Assembly: GCA_951406725.2 (NCBI GenBank)
Contig: OX597825.1
Span: 69,812,001-69,876,000 of the forward strand
Length of the DNA: 64,000 bases
Direction: 5' to 3'
From: Octopus vulgaris
Lineage: Eukaryota
This document shows positions 15,303-27,614 of this stretch, one piece after another. The position numbers were made by a program, and so were the translations under genes. The notes below the pieces were generated by a model. That model worked only from the letters and a program-made list of their open reading frames with translations, was not told the DNA's origin and made no database searches. Within the stretch, counting starts at the first letter, position 1, and each line of letters opens with the position of its first letter.

Positions 15303-15587
15303 GTGGAAGGAGCTATCACCGTTCAGCCACTGGCATACGATGTGAAAGGTTTTAAAAAATATTTCCTGTCTCTTTCACCGAAGACAAATACACGGAATCC
15401 TTGGTTTATTGAATATTGGGAACAACATTTCCAGTGTAAATATCCTAACAGCAGTTGGACGCCATTTAATGAAATCTATAACGAAACATGTACTGGAAAC
15501 GAAGTGATTGATCCTGATGACTTCCATCTTGAAGCCCAGCTACAATTTGTCAGCGATGCTGCAATGGCCTTTGGTTATGCTTTCAAG
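15303..15587 (+). CDS. Internal exon B of the same mGluR-family gene
   Basis: Pyrimidine tract plus AG at 15301-15302 and donor GTaaat at 15588; 285 nt, phase 0-0. Translates VEGAITVQPLAYDVKGFKKYFLSLSPKTNTRNPWFIEYWEQHFQCKYP...CTGNE...EAQLQFVSDAAMAFGYAFK, with the hallmark NxRNPWFxExW motif. Continues exon A in frame. Confidence 0.96.
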
Positions 15588-15682
15588 GTAAATAACAAAT
15601 TGTATTCGTTCTCATTGTTTTGATGTTATTATCATTGCTGTCCGTGGTGTCGATGTAATTTTTGTTTTTAGTTTATCTTCAA

Positions 15683-16078
15683 CCAGCAGTATCGCCCGGC
15701 GTTGCTCGGGTTTGTAAGGGAAATAACTATATAAGCATTTTTAGAGAGTTATAGCCAAAAAATAGCCAAAAAATGCATTAATAATGGAAAAAAAATGATG
15801 GTAAATTTATTTAAAAATCGTTGACTCATCGTAGACATTTTTAGAGAGTTACTTCCCTTATATGCATTAGAAAATGCATTAAAATAGAAATAAAAGATGG
15901 TAATTTTGTTTTTAAATCGTAGACTCATCGTAGACGTGCGCTAATACCCAGAAGGGCTCGATATGAATCACGACTATAAGATACCCGGTTTTGGTTAAAC
16001 TGCACCGCAAAATGTGTGAGTAGTTAGGAATCTAAATCGTAGGAGACAGACACACAACTTGACTTTTATATATAAAGA
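15683..16078 (-). mobile_element. Non-autonomous Helitron
   Basis: Minus strand starts 5'-TCTTTATATATAAAAG and ends with hairpin CCCGAGCAACGCCGGG then ...ACTGCTGG (CTRR). Inserted between A and T with no TSD; carries an internal tandem duplication. Confidence 0.8.
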
Positions 16079-17433
16079 TAAACCCAACAGAGTTATGGTT
16101 CTGCCAACGCGGTTTAGCTCTAACAAGCCAATTATTTATTATTAGTTGTACAAAAAGAAAAAAAGGTGACGATGTGGCAGAACCGTTAGCTCACCGAGGA
16201 AAATGCTTAGCAACATTTCACCCGTCTTTACGTTCCAAGATGGAATTTGAGTGAGATCTAGTAGTGCAATTTCCAGCAAACTACATCAAGCAAGCGAGCA
16301 GAGGCGGTTTTCTTGAATATAGAACAACGCCAATATAATTTCATCTATTGTTTGTAAAGCCAAAAGATAGATGTTTGCCTTTCATTATATCTGGATCGAT
16401 AACATAAATACCAGCTGTGTACTGTATTCAATAAAATCGATTGTCCCCGCCTCTCAAATTTCAGGCCTTGTAACCATAGAAGAAAAGATTAATACTAGAA
16501 AATATAGGACGACGAAGAAACATTCGCAAATTAGGGAAAACACCGGAAGTACGTAGACATGCTCACTCTTCATCACTTATCAACAAAGAATCATAACGAT
16601 TTCGACACGATCTCGAAACCAGCATCAAAAATATCCTATTTTAAGACACTGAGATGGAATTTGAGTGAGGCCTAGCGTTACTATTTTCCAGTAAATTATA
16701 TCAAAGAACCAAACAGAGGCGGTTTTCTTATTTATAGATGAACACCAATATAAGTTCATATTTTCCTTGTAAAGCAAACAAAACGTATTAAACGTTAGAT
16801 ACAAGCAAAACTTACATCTCAATAATTATTATGAAAATAACAAGAATTCTATTTTATTTTCAATCTTCGGCGTCTCATTACCTTCTGGTACACTATATTA
16901 AAGTCTGATTCCTTTCCGTTACACTTTATGCCGGGACTGATTCAATAAAACATCGGTGGTATATTGTATTTAAATAAATCACCTGAATCAGGCACCACAA
17001 CACTTTGGTCTAATATATTTGTTTATACTTTAAGCATAATTCGACACATATGGTGGAGAATGGTATGTTCGCTTATAAAGAGTCTAGTATCGTGATTTGT
17101 ACATGAATATATGTAGAAAGATAAAATACAACATCTTAGTAAACAAGATTTGAATACAAATGTTCGTAACTAACCCAGAGAAAAAAACTGTTGTCATTTC
17201 TACGAATACTGTTAACCAAATAATTTGTTCTATAATATATTACGTAGTGTCAGTTCATGAATATAAAACAGAGACGAAACATAACATATAGGCATATGCG
17301 TGTGTGTATGTATGCGTTTGTGTGCGTAGGTGTCTGTCAGATATATCATGCTATGTCTGTTTATTTTCATCTCTCTGTCTCTGTCTCTGTATATGTATAT
17401 ATATATACATACATACATACATACATACATACA

Positions 17434-17467
<34 letters not shown>

Positions 17468-17713
17468 AATCAAACTAAGGTTATAGAACAAACAAATGCA
17501 AAGTCATCCACATAACATTTCATAACTCGAACATTTAATCATAGAATATACATTTAAACATCACGGAAGATGGAATATAATTCATCTGTACAAGCATATA
17601 AGAAAGTGCGAGAAAAAAAAGTGTGAATACAGTTCATCACGGTTAAATGTTAATACTTTAGCAGTCCTATTAAACATCTTGTTCCTGATAAGAAACAATC
17701 ACTGTATTATTGG

Positions 17714-17766
<53 letters not shown>

Positions 17767-17771
<5 letters not shown>

Positions 17772-19010
17772 GAATAACAAGGGGGTACAGGTTTAAATTC
17801 ATTACGGCCTTTTCCAACGAATCCTTTAATCGATTAATGAAAACATTACATTATTGTAAAGAAACCGTTTTCGTCAGATGAATTCCTGATCTTCAAACAT
17901 AAAGGCCAGTTCGACTTATTCAACATAGTTAACAAATTCACGCAGTAAAACTATTTACATTGATCCTTCTACAATTCAGTTGGCAGAATGACCTTATCAG
18001 AATAGTGTATATTTGGTCAGGAACAAATTAGGGGTTATTAGGAACAAATTTAGGTGTTATTAGAGCTTCCTCAGAAGTGAGAGGAGGTAATCGACACAAG
18101 TGAGCCAGTTATCTAACTTTATCTAAACTAACACTACAGGAAGGATCGGCTCCGATCGTTTAGCTTTTTATCTTAATGGCGATGTTTATGTCCAATGGTC
18201 AGAGGTGAGAGAAGCAATTTATGCCAGGTCAGCCTACGAAATTATCCAAAGTGATGGGACTATATGTCGCCTTAATCTTCGCAAATGGGTAGTAATCAGG
18301 GAGTGAGTGATAGGGAGGGTTTGATAATGAGACGGAGATAGAGGAATTTGAATTTATTTATATTCATTGCCGTATTAAAGATTTTACACTATATATGGAA
18401 TAAAATTTTAAAATAAAATAAAATAGAGGTGGTAATCGGATCTACAATAGAAGAGAGAACTATTATAATTCACCGTAGTTATAATGGTATAGCATTAGGA
18501 TAAATTTAGAAATTAGATATATAGATTAAGAATAATTAATATTTAAAATTATTAGAAGAAAGCGAATAAAAAAAATTATTTAATAAATATATAAAGGATT
18601 ATATTAGATATAAAAAAGAATTAGAATTTAGGCCCATATGCTAATATTGAATATAATTTATTTAGAATATAAGGATATAAATATAAAATATACGCGGAGA
18701 TCAGAGAGAAGATAGATACGAGCTCATATATTATATAAAAATTTTATCCAAAGTTACAAGCAAAATATATACCATAAGATGAAAAATTTGGAATTAGTTT
18801 TTCAAATTTCAAATCGTTGATTTCAGGGATTTAATCTTTGAGTCCTACGTTAAGAAACCAAATGTTTCATAGCAGCTTCCTTCCAATTTACATGATAAGA
18901 GCTGACCATTTCTTAAATTTGTAACGTAACTAAAGAGGCAAAGTGCTGAAGTTTGAAAAATAGGGGACAACAGGAACAAAAAAAAAGCCTTCAGAATCTG
19001 CAGTTTTATA
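17767..19010 (-). mobile_element. Probable highly decayed Penelope-like retroelement abutting (TA)n
   Basis: Minus-strand remnants FLNVGLK and ILAYGPKF resemble the PLE LxxGxKF motif. A hammerhead-like remnant TTGAAGA-TCAG..CTGA-CGAAA lies near 17865-17897. Confidence 0.4.
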
Positions 19011-20351
19011 TTCACAAATCTCACATTTAATTTTTAAAAGAAAGACAATTCTAAAATTATGTTTACCACTACTTCAACATGGCTGTTCTGTAGGAACCGA
19101 CGTTACTACTACTTTAACCCCCAGGAGGGTTGAAATGCTAGTAACGTCGGTTCTTACGGAACAGCCTTGTTGAAGTAGCAACAAACGTTGCTTCCCAGTA
19201 GAGTTACTGCTTTCATCTTTTATAGAGATCTGATTAGGAAATTCTGAAATTTTCTTTCTAAGATTATTATATAGTAAAACCCTAGAGGTTGGCTAAATTG
19301 TGACAGGGTGCTTTTCTAGAGAAAAGTTAAGGCACGGATGTGAGGCCAGTTTAAAATTTACAGCTCCAACATCTAATCAATGAAATGCGGAGAAGATATG
19401 AATACTCAACAAGCTAAACCCCCGCTGTAGGGTATAACGTATTTGTCAGCCGTTTCATGTCGTTACAAAGTATTAGGCATTATGAATACCATCCGATGAA
19501 ACAGAAAAACAGCCCTAGATATTCTATAAAGCTCATCGGGGAATGTTATTAGCACGTAGATCAACGTAGACTAGAATGCTTTATTTGAACATATGTTCTT
19601 TTTAAACACTGGTACTGGTAATAAATTGTATAGAACGGAAGAGAAACTGCTGTGAATTGATCAGGATTTAACTAGAGACACAAGGGAAGAAAATGATGAA
19701 TAGGCAAGAATAGACATTGATGAAAAGCTAAGCCAAGAAGAAAAGCAGAAGATATTTGTAGAATGAAATGATGAATTGGACGTCATGTTTTTTTTTTTAT
19801 CTTATAAACACATTTGATGAACAATGATTTTTGTTTTGTTTTTAATTTGTGCTTCAATCATTGTTGAATAGATTTTAAGCAAAAGTTATTCAGAAGAGCA
19901 GGAAACATGTCATTTTTTAAATATATTCTGGTCTTCTAGCTTTTGTGATTTATATTTTAAAATTTGCTTCGATGTTACGCTGGCTGCTTAAAAGTATAAT
20001 ACCTACGGATGCACTCGACTAATAATGTGATATAAGAGGGCAAGATGCATAACTGATATTTAGCTAGGGAAGTAATATGGTGGGTCATATTACATTCGAG
20101 ATTGTATTGGACGAATATTTATATATACGTGTGTGTGTGTGTGTGCGTGTGCGAGTTGGTCTTTGTGTTTGTCCGTGGAAAAGAAGACAAGATAAAAACA
20201 ACAACGCGAGGACGTGGTATATGTGAAGTATTAATAAGACGCTCAGAGGAGAGAAATTGTGTTTAACGTTTCGAGCAAAGCTCTTCTTCAGAAACAGGAG
20301 ACAGAGGAAGACTGAGGAAAAAAAATCGACATCTGTCCACACACAGATACA

Positions 20352-20392
<41 letters not shown>

Positions 20393-20398
20393 GCATGC

Positions 20399-20434
<36 letters not shown>

Positions 20435-20774
20435 ATAATCACTGGATCAGAGTACAACCGACAGATAAAATAGAGAGAGCACTAAAGATTCCAATACCTT
20501 AAATAAGTTTTATTTGGACGTTGGAAGTTGCAGTTTGATGCCATTAGATAGCGAATTTCATTGTTATTTGAAACATTTGTAAAAGGAAGGATTGAGGAGA
20601 AGGACTTAGCGATTTTAAGGATATGGAAAAGATTATGGAAATGAAAAGAAAGGCAGAAGATCATGCAAAATGTATTTACGTAGAAAATAGCTATGAAATT
20701 AGTTTAGGGAGACGGTTATATTAATGAATTACAATCTAGATTATTCTATAATTAGCATTTTTACGAAATACAAT

Positions 20775-21155
20775 AGGTGGGGTGCATGGCTGTGTGGTTA
20801 GAGGTTTGCTTCCTAACTATATGTTTACAGTTTCAGTCCCGCTGCGCGGTACCTTGCTCAGGTGTCTTGTATTGTAGCATCGTCTATATGTGTTTGTGTG
20901 TGTGTGTGTACATATGTATGTATATATCTATATGGGTGCCTTTGTGTCTGTGTTTGTCTCCCCATCACCCTTTGACAACCGGTGTTGGTGTGTTTACGTT
21001 TCCGTAAATTAACGGTTCGGCAAAAGAGCCTGATAGAATATGTAGGCTTAAAATAATTTAAGACATTGTGTCAATTTGTTCGAATAAAACTCTTCATAGC
21101 AGTGCTCCAGCATGGGCGCAGTCAATTGACTGAAACTAGTAAAATGTAAAGGATA
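20775..21155 (+). mobile_element. SINE family K, diverged copy with internal (TG/TA) microsatellite
   Basis: Similar to 41268-41672. Confidence 0.72.
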
Positions 21156-21453
21156 AAAAATAAATTCTTTCTAACACTACTTATTTTGAGCTACATCAAT
21201 CGCAAAACAGGTGAACCTCGCATAATCCGAAAGGTTCCTGAGTTACCTCATCAAAATTCAGGACCAGCTCTTGAAACATGTGAGGCTTCAAACGCCTTCA
21301 GCATTTCTTCTTCTTGCTAAAAGACTTGAAAAATCTACAGAGTGTGAATGTATTTTAGAAGCACTTCAATACAAAAGAACAAATATCACAGCAGCAACCG
21401 CAACTGAGAGTAATGACATCAAACTCCCTCGTTTGATAGAAAGGGTTTTAGTT

Positions 21454-22082
21454 AAGGCGGCGAGCTGGCAGAAACGTTAGCAAGCCGGGCAAAATGATTA
21501 GCGGTATTTCGTCTGCCGTTACGTTCTGAGTTCAAATTCCGCCGAGGTCAACTTTGCCTTTCATCCTTTCGGGGTCGATTAAATAAGTACCAGTTCCGCA
21601 CTGGGGTCGATATAATCGACTTAATCCCTTTGTATGTCCTTGTTTGTCCTCTCTGTGTTTAGCCCCTTGTGGGTAGTAAAGAAATAGGTGTTTCGTCTGT
21701 CTTTACGTTCTGGGTTCAAATTCCGCCAAGATCAACTTTACCCTTCATCCTTTCGGGGTCGATCAATTAAGTACCAGTTATGCAATGAGAACGATCTAAT
21801 CGACTGGTTCCCTTACCAACGATTTAAGGTCTTATATCTAGAGTAGAAAAGAATATATATATTCTTTAAATATATATTCTTTAAATTTTAAGTTAGCATG
21901 CTGGGCGAAATTCTTGCTGTATTTCGTTTGTCTTTATGTTTTAGTTCAAATTCCGACGAGGTGGACTTTGTCTTTCATCCTTTCGGGGTCGATAAATTAA
22001 GTACCAGTTGCATACTGGGGTCGATCTAATAGGCTGGCGTCCTCCCACCAAATTTCAGGCCTTGTACCTAGAGTAGAAAATA
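21454..22082 (+). mobile_element. Three tandem family-M SINE units
   Basis: Full unit 21454-21686, headless unit 21687-21852, third unit about 21890-22082. Confidence 0.87.
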
Positions 22083-22853
22083 ATTTTAGCAATATATTTC
22101 ACATGATTAAACCGAGTCTATTTTGCTAAAATTTACCAAAGAAATAAAGTTACATAATGTGCAGAAAAATAAAGAACAAATTGACAGAAACACAGTGATT
22201 AATGGCTGGAAAAAAACCATAAAAAATTAAGAAGTAATTGCAAATAGAACGAGTTTGTTTTGTTTTTATGGCTTTTAACACTTTTCCTTTGTATGTTTTA
22301 GATTTGTCTCAAATATATATACATATATATTTATTTGCTTAAATAAACAAAGCAACAGACGTACTGCAATTATTTCGAAATATTCTTAAACCGAACACTT
22401 TTACTAACAGACATGTTAGGGTTTGGTAGGTTTGGTAAACAAATAACATTCTCTTAGTGCTCAGCAAGCTGAAAATAACAGCAATATTTTTCACACGTCG
22501 CACATTTATGGGTTTAGTGAACGATACAAAATGATATTTTCGCGATGGGGAAAGTGATTCGCCATTCTCTTTCGACTACATCTGCTCTGAGGAACACAAC
22601 GTGCTCAAGAAGAAAACCGCATGCATATCTGTTTGACCTGCTAGGAATAACACCAAAATTTACCTCATATCACAATCTACTGTCATAAATTCTGTAGGAT
22701 AGATTAGAAAAAGCTTTCTTACATACAAGCAAAACTTTTTTAAAATGAACCTAAGCACATATGTGTATGTGTACATGTGTGTATATATACGTGTGTGATA
22801 CACAGACACTCACACATACACATGCACACGGACACACATAGATTACTCATATA

Positions 22854-23000
22854 TACAGGGTGTCCCAGAGGTTGCGCACCACCCTGTTTTTCTTTTAAAA
22901 GAATACACCCTTATTGATTTCAAAAACACTTTATTGAAATTAATCGTAACAAATGCTCAAATTGAGCACTCTCTACAATAAAACATGCAGGAAAAATATA
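22854..23000. mobile_element. Tc1/mariner-like terminal remnant
   Basis: TA followed by a CAGGGTGTCCCA terminus; the opposite TIR was not found. Confidence 0.4.
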
Positions 23001-23019
23001 ATAACATAAAATTATATGT

Positions 23020-23085
<66 letters not shown>

Positions 23086-23088
<3 letters not shown>

Positions 23089-24215
23089 GCTGCGTTAAAT
23101 GAAAATAAAACCCTGGTATGGTTTTCAGCGGGAAATGGAGGACATGTATATATACATTCCTACAGCGTACTCCTTGGACAATTGGGAGTCTAATCTAGAA
23201 CGAATTTCAGAAGGAACGTAAAATTCGTTGCTAATTTGGAAGGTACAGTGTTTTTGATTGACGAGTGTAGTGATGTTGTTAAAAATAGGGCTGATGTACC
23301 AGCTGGATGGGACGGCGTAAAGGAGCTGCGCGAGGGATGGGGGTGTAGATAAGATTTTGTTGTTAACGACGATGATGTGTAGTTTTCGGGCTGGGTGAAA
23401 GGAATGACCGACCACTTGGAAGATTTAAGGAAAGGGAAATTGCAGGATGAGATTGGAATATGACGGTGCCATAGAGAGGTTGGTTGAGTTTCGGATGGGT
23501 GATACATGAAACGAGAAAAGTCAGTGCCACCGGCATGGGAGGAAGCAGCTTGGGTAAGGCTAGATGGATATACGTTTCGAATGAATAGACAAACAGTTCC
23601 GTGAGTTTGCGTGTCAAGCATATGCTTGCGTCTACGGAGGCAGCGAACACGGATGAACTGGGAGAAGGGCATAGCTTGGTTGGTATGAATGGAAGAAGAA
23701 AACGTCGCAGAGGAATTGGATTCGATAGGTTTGAAGAAAAGAGAAAAGGAAAAGTTGGGGATGTGATGATTGTGAGATGACAATGAGGAGAAAATTAAGT
23801 GAAGAATCACAGATGGAGAAGCAAATATGGACAGAATGGTGAAAAGAGTAGACTTGAAATTAGGACTTATCTCTTCAACGAAGAAAGTGGTTGCACGGAT
23901 ACAGTCATCAATATCATGACCGTATAGGAATAAGGTGGTGAGATCAATGAACAAGCGAGCGAATTTGGGACTCGATGAATAATTTGACATAGGGATAATT
24001 CTTGTAGCCATAGACACACGATATCCTGCTCGTATGGGGATGAGAACAAGTTCGGCTAAGAGGGGAACGGTGTAGATGCTAAAATAAAGAAGGATGTCGA
24101 ACCACCGGATGGCGTGATAGATAATGCATCCATGGTGAAAAAGTGATAGATAAAGTTTCAATGGAGAAAAAGGGAGAGGAAGAGGTACTTTTATTACAAC
24201 GACTAGCAGAAACTC
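23086..24215 (-). mobile_element. Decayed Penelope-like element reverse transcriptase
   Basis: Degenerate motifs VSMATR (GVAMGTR), LYGHDIDDC (YxRYIDD), FFKPIESNS (YxKPTDS) and MPFSQFIRVR..RNVYP (IPxSQFLRxRR..RGYP). The element ends at a (TA)n tract. Confidence 0.75.
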
Positions 24216-24387
24216 ATCGCAAGTAGTGTTTGGGCAAGGGTCTGAAAAAAAATCACTTTCAAGTAATTTCAAATGCGTATATGTATGTATGTATGCATGT
24301 ATGTACACATCTCTCTCAATCTCTTTCACTTCACTCTCTCTCTCTCTCCCTATATATATATATATATATATATGCTTATATATGCAT

Positions 24388-24445
<58 letters not shown>

Positions 24446-25057
24446 GTTTAAATATTTGTTGTGCAAGATTTTTTATGTGAAGTCGTGTGTTGAAACAGAT
24501 ATTGTTATATTTCGGAATGGTCATATATGTATATGTATATGTATATGTATGTATATATATATATGTATATGTATATTCTTTTTTTTTTTTTTCGATTAGA
24601 TTTATTATTATTATTACTAATATTGTTGTTATACATACATACAAGCATATGTAATGATAATAATGGGTGGATGTAAACAAAATTAGAACAAAAGCAACAA
24701 CAACAAAAACAAAATACAAATTACAAGAATGTATATAACCAGAAGATACAAATATTACAGGCATCCCCCCCCACACACACTAAATAAACATAGACGCACA
24801 TAGAGATATAAGCATGCGCAAATGAAGACATACAATAGAAATACAAAATGGCTGACGGTTAGTAAGGAGAGACACAAGTAAGTGAGAAGAAAACAAAGGA
24901 CCACTGATGCGGTCACAGGAGTGTGACGAAAGAACTTTGGCCGAAATAAGATTAAGATTAATGTAAAAAATAAATATCACTGAAGCAAAATAACACCAAA
25001 TATATAGTGCGTGTGTTTTTATTGGCTAAACTGGCAATATGACCATTCCGAAATATC

Positions 25058-25108
<51 letters not shown>

Positions 25109-25206
25109 GCATATATATCTATATTTACATATACATAGGTATATGTATGTATATATGCATATATATATATATGTATGCATGTATATAACTGTATACACAC
25201 GCACAT

Positions 25207-25276
<70 letters not shown>

Positions 25277-26073
25277 TTAAGTATACATATGTACATAAGT
25301 ATGCATGTATGTATGTATATATATATATATACTTATACATACATAAATACATATATAAACACAGACACACATACATACATACCATCTCGATGTAATATAA
25401 ATATTTTTAAAAAACTCAATTAGGTTATGGATATTAATTACCGTACGGATATATATCAGCTGCGATATTTCGCAAAACAACGCAACACAAAACACAACAG
25501 AAAAACACAAAACTCTACTTCTCAATAGCTCACTTTATTCAAAATCAATACAAACCTGTATAGAATTTTCAACGATAAATATAAAATCATTAACCGATCG
25601 ATGAAATAAATAAAACGAAAATCAATTCATGCAAAAGATTTATATTATTTAAGAGAATCTGTTTAGTTGTAAATCAAATACACAACATATTTTTTTTAAA
25701 GCAATGTGTTAGATAATTACAAAATACCGTTGAATTCGAATTATATATTGAGCTGTTCGATATAATTCGATGGTGTGGGTTTAGTCGGTGGTGTTTTGTT
25801 TCTCCCAATTATTGCCTAAATTCTATATTTTAAACATAATGTAAATTCAATTTTTTTCCGGTATGAAAATAAATAGATATATGTATTTGTGGTTCAGTCC
25901 ATTCACTGTGTCCGGGGGGAGTCGGTGAGGAGATCAGTTTGATCAAACCTACTGCGATGCTTATTATTTTAGTTTTGATATCTATTCTAGTGAAATCTTT
26001 TGACGAACAGCTATAATCAGGTCATATAAATATACCAACGCATGTATGTACGTACGTATGTATGTATGTATGT

Positions 26074-26400
26074 CAGATTGCTCTTTGGTGCTATTGGTAA
26101 CATGTAACCCAGTAAAACCTGTTGCATGGTCGAACAAACTGGCAACCCCATCAAGTTTGCTTGGTGAGGAAGGTGATTGTTGGACGACCTGCAGGACGAA
26201 AACTAAGACCTAACGTAGGGCGGAAGAGCTCGTGTGTATGTATGCATGTATGTGTTCGCGGAGACGTGGAAATACCTGGGTTAGTGTCCAGGTGTGCGGT
26301 TGGCCCACTGAAAATGGGAGGTCCTACTGTTGTTGTCACAACATCTCTCTAGGAGAGGGACACTCTGAGAGGAACCCTGTGACACTGACAAAATTCGATG
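26074..26400 (+). mobile_element. Probable RTE LINE 5' region fragment
   Basis: GC-richer island containing CTCTCTAGGAGAGGGACACTCTGA, similar to recalled RTE 5' motifs. Confidence 0.4.
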
Positions 26401-26632
26401 CTGTAGACTAGTACTTCCTTCGAGTTTATATTGTCCATGTTACGAAAATGGGAATGGATTTGTGAAAATCCTTTTCCCACTATAAATAAATCATCATGCA
26501 CAGACATAGCTTGAAAAAATGTACGATGTATCATAAAAATGGCTGGTCATAGCTTTCCCATGTGTGGGAGTTTCGATCAGGTGATGGCAATACGTGTTTG
26601 CAGACGTGTTTGCAGACATCATGTATGCATGT

Positions 26633-27227
26633 CGGCGAGCTGGCAGAAACGTTAGCGCGCCGGGAAAAATGCTTAGTGGTATTTCGTCTGCCATTACGTT
26701 CTGAGTTCAAATTCCGTCGAGGTCGACTTTGCCTTTCATCCTTTCGGGGTCGATTAAATAACTACCAGTTACGCACTGGGGTCGATATAATCGACTTCAC
26801 CCGTTTGTCTGTCCTTGTTTGTCCTCTCTGTGTTTAGCTCCTTGTGGGTAATAAAGAAATAGGTATTTCGTTTGCCGTTACGTTCTGAGTTCAAATTCCG
26901 CCGAGGTCGACTTTGCCTTTCATCCTTTCGGGGTCGATTAAATAACTACCAGTTACGCTCTGGGGGTCGATATAATCGAATTCACCTGTTTATCTGTCCT
27001 TCTTTGTCCTCTCTGTGTTTAGCTCCTTGTGGGTAGTAAAGAAATAGGTATTTCGTTTGCCGTTACGTTCTGAGTTCAAATTCCGCCGAGGTCGACTTTG
27101 CCCTTCATCCTTTCGGGGTCGATAAATAAAGTACCAGTTAGGCACTGGGGTCGATCTAATCGACTTAATCCGTTTGTCTATCCTTGTCTGTCCCCTCTAT
27201 GTTTAGCTTCTTGTGGGCAATAAAGAA

Positions 27228-27230
<3 letters not shown>
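26633..27230 (+). mobile_element. Family-M SINE tandem array: one head plus three 184-185 bp body units
   Basis: GGTATTTCG recurs at 26678, 26862 and 27047. Each unit ends TAAAGAAATA. Confidence 0.92.
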
Positions 27231-27258
<28 letters not shown>

Positions 27259-27380
27259 TGTATGTATGTATGTATGTATGTTTGTATGTATGTATGTATG
27301 TATGTATGCAGGTAGGTAGGTAGACAGGTAGGTAGGTATGTAGATAAGTAGGTAGGTAAGTGTATATGTCTATAGATATA

Positions 27381-27614
27381 AAGGTGGTGAACTGGCAGAA
27401 CCGTTAGCACGCCGGGCGAAATGCGTAGCCGTATTTCGTCTGCCGTTGCGATCTGAGTTCAAATTCCTCCGAGGTCAACTTTGCCTTTCATCCCTTCGGG
27501 GTCGATTAAATAAGTACCAGTTACGCACTGGGGTCGATGTAATCGACTTAATACCTATGTCTGTCCTTGTTTGTCCACTATGTGTTTAGCCCCTTGTGGG
27601 TAATAAAGAAATAG
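27381..27614 (+). mobile_element. Full-length family-M SINE (tail X)
   Basis: 16-bp direct repeat GTATATGTCTATAGAT at 27362-27377 and 27615-27630. Confidence 0.9.

Noticed and set aside
23190-24776. 528-aa minus-strand ORF
   Set aside because: A chance fusion of microsatellite sequence with a decayed Penelope-like RT whose catalytic motifs are degenerate (HDIDD); not a host gene.
26678-27230. Regularly spaced repeats suggestive of a CRISPR array or a hammerhead retrozyme array
   Set aside because: The units are 184-185 bp SINE bodies with no unique spacers, and I found no CUGANGA core on either strand.
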